Source: Anaerolineae bacterium (GTDB lineage: Bacteria > Chloroflexota > Anaerolineae > JAAEKA01). Taken from it: a stretch of DNA of 64,000 nucleotides. Within the stretch, counting starts at the first letter, position 1. Each line of letters starts with the position of its first letter. The position numbers were made by a program, and so were the translations under genes. Below, one piece after another: positions 46,517 through 56,713 of the stretch. The stretch spans positions 25,049 through 89,048 of the forward strand of contig JBAQCH010000033.1 in the NCBI GenBank assembly GCA_049294015.1, written 5' to 3'. Under the pieces are notes generated by a model that saw nothing but the letters and a program-made list of their open reading frames with translations, searched no databases and was not told the origin of the DNA.

Positions 46517-47789
46517 TGACCTCCACCCCACCCATATACGGCCGCAACACTTCCGGCACGGCGACACTGCCGTCAGGCTGTTGGTAGGTCTCCAACACGG
46601 CGATCATGACGCGCGGCAGGGCCAGGCCCGATCCGTTGAGCGTGTAGACGTAGCGCGGCTTGGCGCCTTCTTCCGGCCGATAGCGGATGTTAGCGCGGCG
46701 GGCCTGAAAGTCAGTGAACAGCGAGCAGGAGCTGACCTCCAGCCACTCGCCGCAACCCGGCGCCCACAGCTCGATGTCATACTTGGCCGCGGCCGCAAAG
46801 GCCAGATCGCCGGTACACATCTGCACAACGCGGTAGGGAATGCCCAGACGGCGCGCGATGTCCTCGGCGTTGTCCAGCAGGATGGCCAGCTCGGCCTCGC
46901 CTTGCTCCGGCTCCACGAACTTGACCATCTCGACCTTGTCGAACTGGTGGCCGCGCTTGATGCCGCGCACGTCTTTGCCGGCCGACATCTTCTCACGGCG
47001 GAAACAGGGCGTGTATGCCACATGGCCAATGGGCAAGCTGCCGGGCGGCAAGATCTCGTCGCGATAGAGATTGGTCACGGGCACTTCGGCCGTGGGTATC
47101 AGCCACAGGTCGTCCTCAGCGTCGCGGTAGAGATTGTCGGCGAACTTGGGCAGGTTGCCCGTGCCAAACAGCGTTTGAGCGCGCACGATGTAGGGTGGAT
47201 AGACCTCGCTGTAGCCGTGGTCAGCGATATGCACGTCCAGCATCCAGCTGATCAGCGCGCGCTGCAGGCGCGCGCCCAGCCCCTTCAGCACGTAGAAGCG
47301 GCTGCCCGACAGCTTGACGCCGCGCTCAAAATCGAGAATACCCAAGGCCTCGCCGATGTCCCAGTGGGGGAGCGGCTGAAAGTCGAACGGGCGCGGCTCT
47401 CCCCAGGTGCGCACGACGATATTCTCGCTGTCGTCCTTGCCCACCGGCACGCCAGGCAGCGGCAAGTTGGGGATGCGGCTCATCGCGTCGAACAGTTCCT
47501 CGTCGATGATCTTAAGTCGGTCGTCAAAGGTTTTGATCTGATCGCCAACGTGCGTCATATCACTCTTGAGCGCGTCGGCCTCAGCGCGCTGGCCTTCACG
47601 CAGCAACTGGCCGATGCGCTTGCTTTCGACGTTGCGCTGGGCCTTCAGCTCCTCCACCTGGGCCAGCAGGCGGCGGCGCTCCTCGTCCAGCGCCAACGCC
47701 TTGTCGACTGGCGCGTCAGGATCGTGCAGCGCCGCCATCTGCTGCTTGACGAACGCCGTGTTCTCGCGAATGATCTTGATGTCGAGCAT
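46509..47789 (-). CDS. serS: seryl-tRNA synthetase
   Basis: 426 aa, MLDIKIIREN..., FRREKMSAGKDVRGIKRGHQFDKVE, TLNGSGLALPR. Confidence 0.95.
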   Translation of the reverse strand: MLDIKIIRENTAFVKQQMAALHDPDAPVDKALALDEERRRLLAQVEELKAQRNVESKRIGQLLREGQRAEADALKSDMTHVGDQIKTFDDRLKIIDEELFDAMSRIPNLPLPGVPVGKDDSENIVVRTWGEPRPFDFQPLPHWDIGEALGILDFERGVKLSGSRFYVLKGLGARLQRALISWMLDVHIADHGYSEVYPPYIVRAQTLFGTGNLPKFADNLYRDAEDDLWLIPTAEVPVTNLYRDEILPPGSLPIGHVAYTPCFRREKMSAGKDVRGIKRGHQFDKVEMVKFVEPEQGEAELAILLDNAEDIARRLGIPYRVVQMCTGDLAFAAAAKYDIELWAPGCGEWLEVSSCSLFTDFQARRANIRYRPEEGAKPRYVYTLNGSGLALPRVMIAVLETYQQPDGSVAVPEVLRPYMGGVEVIR

Positions 47790-47818
47790 GGGTAGTACCT
47801 CCGAAAAACAGGTGTCTG

Positions 47819-47868
47819 ATCACGTGTCATGTGTCGGGTGTCACGTATCACGTTTCACGTGACGGGTG
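47819..47868. repeat. array of 7-mer TCACGTG-like units (about 7)
   Basis: tcacgtg tcatgtg tcgggtg tcacgta tcacgtt tcacgtg acgggtg, between the T-box terminator and the serS RBS. Confidence 0.7.
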
Positions 47869-47876
47869 TCAAGAAT

Positions 47877-48217
47877 CAAAACGCCCGCTCGTCAAACCAG
47901 GACGAGGGGCGTGCTCGGGGTGCCACCTGGGTTCGCCGCGACCCTCACGGGCGCAGCCTCAGCAGGTCCGTTGGGACCTCGACCCGTTAACGGGGGCCAA
48001 ACGCCGGGCCATACTGGGAAAGGTTGCAGGTTGCAGGTTGCAGGTTGCAGGTTGCAGGTGCTGCCACTTGCCACGTTTAACTTGCCTACTCCGTTGCGGC
48101 CCGGAACTCGGGAGGGCTTTTCGGCTGCGGTCGCTGTTGCCTCGCACCGACCGGCAATTCTCTGAGAGCCAACCAGTAGCCTACTCGTCTCCGTCAACGT
48201 TGCGTGATGTTCAGTTG
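47877..48217 (-). promoter_or_regulatory. T-box riboswitch leader of serS
   Basis: Minus strand carries GAGUAG (48186-48181), CAGAGAA (48164-48158), GGUGCGAGG (48148-40) and the T-box AACCCAGGUGGCACCCCGAG (47933-47914). These are overlapped by the terminator GCCCCUCGUC...GACGAGCGGGC + UUUU. Confidence 0.75.
48022..48090. repeat. array of 7-mer GGTTGCA (5 perfect units) plus degenerate tgccac units, inside the T-box leader
   Basis: ggttgca x5 (48022-48056), then ggtgctg ccacttg ccacgtt taacttg cctact. Confidence 0.85.
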
Positions 48218-48223
48218 CAGGAG

Positions 48224-48252
48224 AGTATAGCACAGCGCCTTGTCAGCGTCAA
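48224..48252 (-). promoter_or_regulatory. promoter of the serS T-box leader
   Basis: Minus strand: TTGACG (48252-48247), 17-nt spacer, TATACT (48229-48224), directly after the rodA stop. Confidence 0.55.
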
Positions 48253-48269
48253 ACGAAATGGGCGATGAA

Positions 48270-49361
48270 TCAGTCGAACTCGATCTTACGGTTGCGCATG
48301 GCCACGCTCTCAGCCAGTCCGATGCCGATCATCAGAGTCAGCAATGAGCTGCCGCCGTAGCTGATGAAGGGCAGGGTGATACCGGTCACGGGCAATAAGC
48401 CCAGGTTCATGCCGATGCTGACCACCACCTGAAACATGATCATAGCGGTTACACCCACGACCAGCAGGCGGCCAAACTGATCACGTGCCTGGTCGGCGAT
48501 GGTGATCAAGCGCCACAAAACGATGGTAAGCATGATGATCAAGGCCACGGCGCCCAAAAAGCCCAGCTCCTCGGCGATGACGCTAAAGATAAAGTCGGCG
48601 TAGCGCACCCGCAGAAAGTGCAGCTGGCTCTGACTGCCCTCGGCGAAGCCCTTGCCCAGCACCCCGCCGTTGCCAATGCTGATCAACGCCTGTGCAATGT
48701 TGAAGCTGGCGTCGGGATTGCTGGTCGGATCCAGGAAGATATCGATGCGCTCCTTCATGTAGCCATGCAGGTTGGCGTAGATCAGCGGCATGGCCAGCGC
48801 GCCGGCCGCTACGCTACCGAGGATATAGCCCCAAGGCAGATCAGCCACGAACAGCATGACGGCGCCGATGACCAACAGCACGATCGCGTTGCCCAGATCA
48901 GGCTGCAAGTAGATCAAGACAGCCGGCAGCGCCATCAACACGAACGCGCCTACCACCCACTGCGGCTTGCCCAGTCGGTCATGCCGGCTAGCCAGATACT
49001 GGGCAAAGACGACCGCAAACAGCACCTTGCTGATCTCGGCCGGCTGGACGAAGATGATGCCGGCGTCGAACCAGCCGGAGGCGCCGCCGCGCACTTGACC
49101 GAGAATAGTCACTGCGCCCAGCGCCAGCAGGATCAGAGCGTAGACGGGCCATTGGAAGGTGGTCAGCAAGCGGTAATCGAAGGCCGCCGCCGCCAACAAC
49201 AACAGCAAACCCAGCAGGGCATAGATAGTCTGGCGCAGCGGGTAGTCCTCGTAGGTGGGAACCCCTAGCGTGGCGCTGTACACCATGGCCACGCCAAACA
49301 CCACTAACACCAGTGTGGCGCCCAGCAATACGAAGTCGAAGCGCCGCAGGTTAAGACGCAT
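48270..49361 (-). CDS. rodA: peptidoglycan glycosyltransferase RodA (SEDS family)
   Basis: 363 aa polytopic; SEDS-like C-terminal GLLPVTGITLPFISYGGSS; follows PBP2. Confidence 0.9.
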   Translation of the reverse strand: MRLNLRRFDFVLLGATLVLVVFGVAMVYSATLGVPTYEDYPLRQTIYALLGLLLLLAAAAFDYRLLTTFQWPVYALILLALGAVTILGQVRGGASGWFDAGIIFVQPAEISKVLFAVVFAQYLASRHDRLGKPQWVVGAFVLMALPAVLIYLQPDLGNAIVLLVIGAVMLFVADLPWGYILGSVAAGALAMPLIYANLHGYMKERIDIFLDPTSNPDASFNIAQALISIGNGGVLGKGFAEGSQSQLHFLRVRYADFIFSVIAEELGFLGAVALIIMLTIVLWRLITIADQARDQFGRLLVVGVTAMIMFQVVVSIGMNLGLLPVTGITLPFISYGGSSLLTLMIGIGLAESVAMRNRKIEFD

Positions 49362-51556
49362 CAGTCGCCCCCTCCGCCGATCTCGCCGGTCGTGCTGACG
49401 GGGACGGTGTCAGTGATGAGCGCCTCGATACCTGGCAGGGTCTCGGTGGACGTTATCGCCTCGCCCGGAGCGATATCCAGCGGCTGAGGCGGATACTTCA
49501 TGGCGAAGTAGCCGCGCAGGATTTCCTGCGCTACTGGCAGTGCAGTGGCTGAGCCCTCACCGCCGTTGTAGACAAAGACGACGATGGCAATCTCAGGATC
49601 CTCATAGGGTGCAAAGGCCGTGAACCATGCATGGGTTGGCAGCCGGTCATTGGCCTTCAATGGTATGTCCGGGTCATAGAACTCAGCCGTGCCGGTCTTG
49701 CCGGCCACCGTGATACCGGGAACCGTGAGCGCCTTGGCAGTGCCGTTGGGATAGTTGACTGCGCCCCACAGACCCTCACGCACGATATCGACCACCTCAG
49801 GATCCAGCGGCAAGCTGCGTATCGGTTCCGGCTGGAACTCCTCAACCACGTTGCCATCCGTGTCGACAATCTGATGCACCAACTGCGGGCGATAGAGCGT
49901 GCCGCCATTGGCGATAGCTACGGTGGCATTGAGCATCTGCATCGGCGTGGCCAGCAGCGCGCCCTGGCCGATGGACATGTTGTAGGTGTCGCCCGCCGAC
50001 CAGGTCTCAGCGTAGGTGAGTCGTTTCCAACGAGGCGTCGGCACCAAACCGGAGTTCTCGCCCGGCAGGTCGATCCCGGTCAGCCCGCCAAAACCGAAAA
50101 TCTTGGTGTAGTCCACCAACTTGTCGATGCCCAGACCCTCGAAAGTCTTGCGATAGCCGCCCGAAATCTGATAAAAAAAAGTGTCACAGGACACGGCCAT
50201 GGCTTCGCGCACAGTGACGCGATAGTGGCCGGTGCCGTAGGTATGGATCCAACAGTAAAAGGGCTGGGCATAGCGGGGGTCGTCAGGGAAGAAGCGATTG
50301 TCTACGTAGATGATGCCATCGACGCGGCCGTCGAAGCTGTCCCCTAGCCGGGTGTTCTCGTCGATCACCCCTTCCTGCAGCGCGCCGCTGGCTGCCACAA
50401 TCTTAAAGACAGAGCCAGGCGGATAGAGCGCGCTGATGGCGTGGTTGAGCAGCGGCAGGCGCTTGTCATCGATCAGCGCCTGGTACTCGCGCGCGGTGAT
50501 GCCGCGGGCAAAAAGGTTGTTGTCATAGGTCGGCAGGCTGACTAGGCCGAGCACATCACCGGTCTTGGGGTCCATGGCAATCGCCACGCCGACCTGGGCT
50601 TTGGCAGCATCCAGTCCTCGCAACAGGGCCTGCTCCATCAGTTCCTGCAGCTTGACGTCGATGGTCAACACCAGGTTGTTGCCCGGCGAGCTGGGGAAGA
50701 TATCGCCCACGGTGCGGACCTCGCGACCGTTGACGTCGACCTCGATGTTGCGCCGGCCGTCGACGCCGCGCAATGCCTTCTCAAATGTCAGCTCCAGCCC
50801 AGCCAGTCCCACCTGGTCGTTAGATCGATAGCCTGCTTCCTGATAGCTGCCAACGTAGGCCTCCGGGATGGGCCCCATGAAGCCAATCAACTGCGAGGTG
50901 AGCGGGCCAGTCAGGTACTCGCGCACCGGGGTGACGCTCAACTCGATGCCGGGCAGGCGGTGGCTCTGCTCAGCCACCGCGAAGGCTGTCTGTGAGCTAA
51001 CGCGACCGGCAATCACCACCGGGCGATATGCGCCGCCCTGCATGGCGCCCTTGATCTCGGCCATCGCTTCGTCAACGCTCAAGCGCTCGCGGAATTGCGG
51101 AAGGCCCTGCTGCCCCACCGGCCCTGCGCCTGGTTCCAAAGGATCTGCAATAGCCTGCTCATGCAAGGGCAGATTGGCCCCGGACGCAGTGGTGATGATC
51201 TCCTCCAGCAGTTCCAGCACCGCGCGCGCTTCATCGTCATCGTCGGGAAGATTGGCGGGAATGGCCACGACATCGAAGCTGGGTCTATTGCGCACCAACA
51301 ACTGACCATTGCGGTCATATACCACGCCGCGCTGCCCGCGCACTTCCACCAAACGAAAACGGTTCGCATCGGCCCGGGCTCGCAGACCCTGGCCCTGAAC
51401 AAACTGAATACGCACCAACTGCGCGATAAAGACTATCCCCGCCAGCAGCACCAATGCTCGCAAAATGGTCAATCGCCCCGACGGTGGCAAAGGTCGCGCT
51501 AACACACTCTTCACTCCAATGGCAGGCGTTCCCGCCCGGTTGTCCGGTTGACCCAA
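49361..51556 (-). CDS. mrdA: penicillin-binding protein 2
   Basis: Transpeptidase motifs PGSVFK, SCD and KTGTA. The alternative GTG start at 51514 forms a GTGA overlap with the mreD stop. Confidence 0.9.
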   Translation of the reverse strand: MGQPDNRAGTPAIGVKSVLARPLPPSGRLTILRALVLLAGIVFIAQLVRIQFVQGQGLRARADANRFRLVEVRGQRGVVYDRNGQLLVRNRPSFDVVAIPANLPDDDDEARAVLELLEEIITTASGANLPLHEQAIADPLEPGAGPVGQQGLPQFRERLSVDEAMAEIKGAMQGGAYRPVVIAGRVSSQTAFAVAEQSHRLPGIELSVTPVREYLTGPLTSQLIGFMGPIPEAYVGSYQEAGYRSNDQVGLAGLELTFEKALRGVDGRRNIEVDVNGREVRTVGDIFPSSPGNNLVLTIDVKLQELMEQALLRGLDAAKAQVGVAIAMDPKTGDVLGLVSLPTYDNNLFARGITAREYQALIDDKRLPLLNHAISALYPPGSVFKIVAASGALQEGVIDENTRLGDSFDGRVDGIIYVDNRFFPDDPRYAQPFYCWIHTYGTGHYRVTVREAMAVSCDTFFYQISGGYRKTFEGLGIDKLVDYTKIFGFGGLTGIDLPGENSGLVPTPRWKRLTYAETWSAGDTYNMSIGQGALLATPMQMLNATVAIANGGTLYRPQLVHQIVDTDGNVVEEFQPEPIRSLPLDPEVVDIVREGLWGAVNYPNGTAKALTVPGITVAGKTGTAEFYDPDIPLKANDRLPTHAWFTAFAPYEDPEIAIVVFVYNGGEGSATALPVAQEILRGYFAMKYPPQPLDIAPGEAITSTETLPGIEALITDTVPVSTTGEIGGGGD

Positions 51557-52014
51557 GACAGCAGCGGGAAGACCAGTAACATCACAACACAGTTATAGAC
51601 AATTTCAGGCAACACCAGACGAAGCAACGCATCAGGCGGCGAAAAGGTTCCACCGCTCAGCCCGAGCAACGCCATCTGGATAGCGCCCTGCACAACAGTG
51701 GCAACAGCGGCCATCACCAACGCAAAAGGAATCGTGGGCCGATACACAGTCTGCCCGGCTAAGCCGGCGAGGTAGGCCGCCACCACCAGACTAAGGGTGT
51801 AACCTCCAAAAGAGCGGCTGCTGAGCAGGTCCAACCAAAGGCCGGCGATCAACGCCCAAATCACAGCTGAGCGGGAGCCCCGCAGCAGCGCCCAAGCCAC
51901 AACCACCACCAGCGGAAGGTTTGGGTAAACGCCGCCAACGTGCAGGGTCGGCAGCAGCGAGACCTGCAACAAAGCGGCCAACCCCAGCGCTAAGACAAGC
52001 AAGTAAGGGGTCAT
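51511..52014 (-). CDS. mreD: rod shape-determining protein MreD
   Basis: 167-aa polytopic ORF between mreC and mrdA. Confidence 0.8.
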   Translation of the reverse strand: MTPYLLVLALGLAALLQVSLLPTLHVGGVYPNLPLVVVVAWALLRGSRSAVIWALIAGLWLDLLSSRSFGGYTLSLVVAAYLAGLAGQTVYRPTIPFALVMAAVATVVQGAIQMALLGLSGGTFSPPDALLRLVLPEIVYNCVVMLLVFPLLSWVNRTTGRERLPLE

Positions 52015-52904
52015 GGCGTCGCTGGCGGTCCACTGGAATCCTGGCTGCCTGGCGGGGCGCCGAACTGCTCGCTGGAGGAGACGAAGTTGGTCACCACCAA
52101 CACGGTTTCCAAGGTGTCGAAGTCCACCGTCGTGCGCACAACCGCGCGCTGGAACATCTCTACGTCGTTCTGTTCTACCTCAACCACCTGCCCTACGGGG
52201 ATGCCAACCGGGAAGTTGCCGCCTTCACCGGACGTCACTACAATATCGCCGACCAGAATCGACTGGTCCTGGGGCAGATAGTCCATGACTGGTTGCTGAC
52301 CAGCCCGGCCGCGCAGTATGCCGCGCAGCCGGGTGTTTTGCAACATGGTGTTGACATTGCTGCTGCTGTCGATGATCAACAGCACGCGCGCCGCGTTGCT
52401 GTAGACATCCGTCACCCGGCCGACCAACCCAAGCTCAGTGACAACCGGCATGCCCGGCTCGATGCCGTTGTTGCTGCCGATATCGATCAGGATCGATTGA
52501 ACGATGCTGCTGGGCTCGTTGGCGACAATGCGGCCAACCACCTGGCCGCCTTTGTAGGTGAAGCTGGGGTTGACATCGCGGAACTGCAGGAGGCTGCGCA
52601 GGCGTACATTCTCAGCCTCGATTTCTTTGAGGCGCAGGTTCTCCACGGTGAGCTGAGCGACGACTTGTTCGAGCTCCGTGTTGCGATCGCGCAACGTGGC
52701 GGCATCACCCACCAAGCCTGTGGCGCCGCGCAACTCGTTGCCGGCCTGGCGCAGCACGCGCTGCAAAGGCAGGGTAACACGCGCTGTTATGTCCCGGGGC
52801 GCACCCAGGAAGCGCGGATTAAGCAAGACAACCGCCGCCACTACCAGCACAATGACGATAGGCCACCAGCGCAGTTGTCGCTTGGGTCGGGGCCGTTGCA
52901 GCAT
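52011..52904 (-). CDS. mreC: rod shape-determining protein MreC
   Basis: N-terminal TM, coiled coil (LRDRNTELEQVVAQLTVENLRLKEIEAEN), beta-rich C-terminus. Confidence 0.85.
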   Translation of the reverse strand: MLQRPRPKRQLRWWPIVIVLVVAAVVLLNPRFLGAPRDITARVTLPLQRVLRQAGNELRGATGLVGDAATLRDRNTELEQVVAQLTVENLRLKEIEAENVRLRSLLQFRDVNPSFTYKGGQVVGRIVANEPSSIVQSILIDIGSNNGIEPGMPVVTELGLVGRVTDVYSNAARVLLIIDSSSNVNTMLQNTRLRGILRGRAGQQPVMDYLPQDQSILVGDIVVTSGEGGNFPVGIPVGQVVEVEQNDVEMFQRAVVRTTVDFDTLETVLVVTNFVSSSEQFGAPPGSQDSSGPPATP

Positions 52905-52913
52905 AGCTGAAGG

Positions 52914-53975
52914 CTAGTGAATGGTGCTGCCACGCTGCATGGAAGCCAACACCTTGCGCAAGGTGGGCAGCTCTTCCAGAATCACCTCGGCGCCTTTGGC
53001 CACACACGTCAGGGGATCATCAGCCACCCGGACCTTCATCTTGGTCTCGGCGGTCAGTCGCGTGTCGAGTCCGCGCAGCAATGCGCCGCCGCCAGCCAAC
53101 ACCACGCCGCCCTGCATCAGATCGGCGATCAATTCGGGCGGCGTTTCGTCCACCGCGTCACGCACTGCCTCGACGATCACGTTGACCGAGGGCGCCAACG
53201 CCTCGCGCAACTCGACGCTGGAGACGTCGATGGCCTCAGGCAGGCCAGTGATCAGGTTGCGCCCGCGCAGGGTGACGGTCATTTCCTGCTCCAAAGGATA
53301 GGCCGAGCCGCCCAGGATCTTGGCTTCTTCAGCCATGCGCTCGCCGATCAGCAGGTTGTACTTCTGCCGGGCGTACTGGATGATGTCCTCATCCATCTCG
53401 TCGCCTGCCACACGGATGGAGCGAGCCACCACGATGCCGCCCAACGCAATGACGGCCACTTCGGTGGTACCGCCGCCGATATCCACGATCATGCTGCCCT
53501 TGGCGTCGGTCACCTTAAGACCAGCGCCGATGGCCGCAGCCATGGGCTCCTCGACCAGGAAGGCTTCACGCGCGCCAGCGCTGACAGCCGCGTCATGAAC
53601 CGCGCGCTTCTCTACCTCGGTCACGCCGCTGGGGATGCCGACCACGACCCGCGGCCGCGGCACACGAAGCACCATGCGGTCGTGGACCTTACGGATGAAG
53701 TAGTGGAGCATCTGCTCCGTGATGTCGAAGTCAGAGATCACACCGTCGCGCAGCGGACGAATGGCGATGATGTTGGCCGGAGTACGGCCCACCATCTCCT
53801 TGGCCTCGGAGCCAATCGCAAGCACCTTCTTGGTGTTCTTGTCGATAGCCACCACCGAGGGCTCGTCGATGACGATGCCCTTGTTGCGGACATTTACTAA
53901 TGTATTAGCCGTGCCCAGATCCACGCCGATGTCCAGCGAGAAGAGGCCCAGCAGCCAGTCGAGCGGTCGAAACAC
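52914..53975 (-). CDS. mreB: rod shape-determining protein MreB
   Basis: DIGVDLGTANTLV, MIVDIGGGTTEVAVI; GTG start. Confidence 0.95.
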   Translation of the reverse strand: MFRPLDWLLGLFSLDIGVDLGTANTLVNVRNKGIVIDEPSVVAIDKNTKKVLAIGSEAKEMVGRTPANIIAIRPLRDGVISDFDITEQMLHYFIRKVHDRMVLRVPRPRVVVGIPSGVTEVEKRAVHDAAVSAGAREAFLVEEPMAAAIGAGLKVTDAKGSMIVDIGGGTTEVAVIALGGIVVARSIRVAGDEMDEDIIQYARQKYNLLIGERMAEEAKILGGSAYPLEQEMTVTLRGRNLITGLPEAIDVSSVELREALAPSVNVIVEAVRDAVDETPPELIADLMQGGVVLAGGGALLRGLDTRLTAETKMKVRVADDPLTCVAKGAEVILEELPTLRKVLASMQRGSTIH

Positions 53976-54170
53976 GCTGTCTTTTCCTACCTTTATTCAA
54001 AAGTAAAAAGTCAGGTGCAATCGCCTGACCTGATAACATGCAGTGCTTATCGCAACGCAGGCCGCATTATACCATCACTTCAACAATTGGCGAAAGCCAG
54101 CCAGCGTGTGCATCGACAGGGGGTTCGATCAGATGCAGCGGTCTCGGCCAAGCGCAGGGCGGGGGCGAGA

Positions 54171-55364
54171 CTACTTTCCCCAGCCCTGACGCAGCACACG
54201 CAGCGCGTTGCCGCCCCAAATCTGAGCGATTTGCTGCCGCGCACAGCGCTCGGCTACTAACCTCTGGGTCAAGCGGCCTAAATGGCTGGCGTCGGGCGCG
54301 TCGTCAGGCGGATCGATGAAGCCGTCGAAGTCAGTACCGATGCCCACATGCTCGCTGCCAGCCACGTCCACGAAGTGTCGCAGCGTCTGCGCAATGGCGT
54401 TCAGGCCCCGCTTGCCGGCGTGCGGGGTGAGCCAGTAGGGCATGAAGATCACGCCGACCATGCCGCCTGTATCGGCGATTTTCTTCAGCTCCCAGTCCTG
54501 GGGGTTGTAGGGGTCGGGATTGATGGCATACGCGCCGACATGGGTCATCAGCAGCGGCGCGCGCTGGCCGACGATGTCGTAGATGCGCTCGCGGGCTGGC
54601 GGCGTGCAATGGCTCAGATCGATCAGCATACCCAGCTCGACCATGCGCTCCACCACCTGCTCGCCGGCCGGCTTGAGGCCCAATGTCATGTCGCGCTCGC
54701 TGCGAAAAAAGCCCAGCTTCTGGATATTCTCTGGCCAGGGGAAGCAGGGGTGAACCAGGTCGTTCTCGAAGAAGTGAGCCAGGGTCAGATAGGCCGCGCC
54801 ACGCTGAAAAAAGTGCTCCAGGCTGGCCAGAAGTTGCTGCGTGGTCGTACCTGGCCCGCGGTTAAGGCTGTGAGCGCCTTCCAGACAGTGGATCAGTGCG
54901 ATGGGCCGGCCGTTGCCTTGCGCCAGGATCGCCTCCAGCTCAGCCCGCGAGTGGGCGACTTGCGCCTGCGGCCGGCCGGTAGCGGGATCGGTAGTTGCAG
55001 CCACGGCGCGCTCCAGGTCGTCCAGCATGCGGTTGGCCCCGTCGAAATAGCTGCCGTCGAAGACCGCGTGCCACGCCTTAGGCCGGATGTAGCGCAATGC
55101 CTTCAGGAGCGGCGCCTCTTGCAACACGATCTGCCGCTCCGGCGGGTAGATCGCCGATAGCAGCGCAGCCACGCCCCCCGCGCGCAGGTTGTTGAAGTTG
55201 CTCTCGAAGCTAAAAGGGTTGAACGCGCCGTCGGCGTGCAGGGGCGCGGTGAACACCTTGTCGAAGAGGGAAATCTTCAGGCTGGGATGGACGTGCAGAT
55301 CGACGATAGTCGAGTCCTGATAGTGGACCCGGCGCCAGTCGAGATCGATGGCGATATCGCTCAT
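54171..55364 (-). CDS. membrane dipeptidase family (M19) protein
   Basis: DLHVHPS, LSHC and GIGTDFDG motifs. ATG 55364 is preceded by AGGAGG; the track ORF extends to 55379. Confidence 0.75.
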   Translation of the reverse strand: MSDIAIDLDWRRVHYQDSTIVDLHVHPSLKISLFDKVFTAPLHADGAFNPFSFESNFNNLRAGGVAALLSAIYPPERQIVLQEAPLLKALRYIRPKAWHAVFDGSYFDGANRMLDDLERAVAATTDPATGRPQAQVAHSRAELEAILAQGNGRPIALIHCLEGAHSLNRGPGTTTQQLLASLEHFFQRGAAYLTLAHFFENDLVHPCFPWPENIQKLGFFRSERDMTLGLKPAGEQVVERMVELGMLIDLSHCTPPARERIYDIVGQRAPLLMTHVGAYAINPDPYNPQDWELKKIADTGGMVGVIFMPYWLTPHAGKRGLNAIAQTLRHFVDVAGSEHVGIGTDFDGFIDPPDDAPDASHLGRLTQRLVAERCARQQIAQIWGGNALRVLRQGWGK

Positions 55365-55586
55365 AGTGGCCTCCTGCATCTTGTGATTCCGTTGCTACAA
55401 TAAATACAGCGTCAACAAAGTAACTGCGCATAGGCGCCCGGCACTTTTGCGACGATTCGCACATGATGACAAGCTCAGTTCAAGTGCCGGGCGCCTCAAT
55501 TACTTCGTGTATAGTGTAATAAACGGATGACAGGAGCCAATTATGCGATGAGCTGGTGGGATGGGAATCTGCAAAGACGCCACGTA

Positions 55587-56615
55587 TCAGGTGGACAATG
55601 CCAAAAACTGCCCGACGAACTCCGCCTCCATGCGCAGTTTATCCTCTGCTGACAAGAAGGTCGAGCGCACGGCGTTGAGCGTCAACTGCCGCAGGTCATT
55701 CTCGCTTAGCCCAAAGACCTCGACCAACCGCTGATATTCCTCCGTCAGCGTCGTGCTGAACAGCGGCGGGTCGTCGCTGTTGACGGTGACGCACAGCCCC
55801 ATGCGCAACAGGTGGACCAAGGGGTGCTGCTCGAAGCTGCGATAGACGCCCAGGCAGACGTTGCTGGTGGGGTTGACCTCCAGCGAGATCTGATGCTCCA
55901 GCAGATAAGCCAGCAAATGGGGATCCTCGATGCTGCGCACCCCATGGCCGATGCGGTCGGCCTGCAGGTCGCGCACGGCGCTCCAGACGCTCTGCGGGCC
56001 GGCGATCTCCCCTGCGTGCGGCGCGGAATGCAGCCCAGCGGCCTTGACGCGCTGGAACCAGGGGGCAAAGGCCGCGGCCGGCGCGGTGGCCTCGTTCCCG
56101 CCGATCCCCAAGGCCACCACGCCGCGGTCGGCCCAGTCCAGCACCAACTGCGTCGTCACCTCGGCTGTCGCGGGCATGTCCAGGTTGCGGTGGATATCCA
56201 GGACCCAGCGCATCTCCACGCCAAAATCGCGCCGGGCGCGCCGCCGGCCATCCTCCAGCCCGGCGATGATGTCCTCGCCCGCCAGCCCTTTGTCCTGGAT
56301 CAGGTGGGTATAAGGCGTAACGGTGGCCTCGCGATAGCGGATGTTCTGTCGCGCCATGTCCGCGCCCAGCTCGTAGGCCACCAGCGAGAAATCGTCGGCG
56401 CTGCGCAGGCACTGCTGGATGGCCATGTAGACCTGGACAAAATGCTCGAAGTCGCTGAACTGATACCAGGCGCGCAGTCCCTCGACCGTGTCGGCGGGCA
56501 GGGTCACGCGGTTGCGCTCGGCCAGCCGCAGCAGCGTCGCCGGCTCGATCGCGCCCTCCAGGTGAATGTGGAGCTCGGCCTTGGGCATGTGGTGAATGAA
56601 GTCGTGGAGGTTCAT
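55587..56615 (-). CDS. add: adenosine deaminase
   Basis: MPKAELHIHLEG, HAGE, RIGHG, VNSDDP. Confidence 0.9.
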   Translation of the reverse strand: MNLHDFIHHMPKAELHIHLEGAIEPATLLRLAERNRVTLPADTVEGLRAWYQFSDFEHFVQVYMAIQQCLRSADDFSLVAYELGADMARQNIRYREATVTPYTHLIQDKGLAGEDIIAGLEDGRRRARRDFGVEMRWVLDIHRNLDMPATAEVTTQLVLDWADRGVVALGIGGNEATAPAAAFAPWFQRVKAAGLHSAPHAGEIAGPQSVWSAVRDLQADRIGHGVRSIEDPHLLAYLLEHQISLEVNPTSNVCLGVYRSFEQHPLVHLLRMGLCVTVNSDDPPLFSTTLTEEYQRLVEVFGLSENDLRQLTLNAVRSTFLSAEDKLRMEAEFVGQFLALST

Positions 56616-56619
56616 GGGA

Positions 56620-56713
56620 CTTGGTAGATTGGGAAACTGGTAGATTGGTCAGCCAGTAGGTTGGCTGGATGCGTTTGCACCCAACCATTTTACCATTCTA
56701 CCAATTTACCTGG
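56620..56713. repeat. tandem-unit hairpin element, GGTAGATT family (degenerate right arm)
   Basis: cttggtagattgggaaactggtagattggtcagcc / caaccattttaccattctaccaatttacctgg. The HAD stop TAA (56706-56708) is inside the right arm. Confidence 0.8.

Noticed and set aside
46455-47795. Long antisense ORFs opposite recognised genes: 46455-47795, 19036-20103, 39861-41015, 35572-36594, 28264-29232, 51921-52910, 52917-53900, 60271-61503, 8834-9730, 5346-6146 and 54282-55160
   Set aside because: These are typical GC-rich shadow ORFs. Their products are Arg/Ala/Gly/His-rich with no motifs, while the opposite strand encodes clearly recognisable proteins.
54010-54036. Hairpin gtcagg-N8-cctgac plus a T-run (minus strand) in the mreB leader as an attenuator, and a TATAAT with extended TG about 50 nt upstream of it
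   Set aside because: The stem is only 6 bp, and it could equally be the terminator of the upstream dipeptidase gene. That is too weak to call either way.
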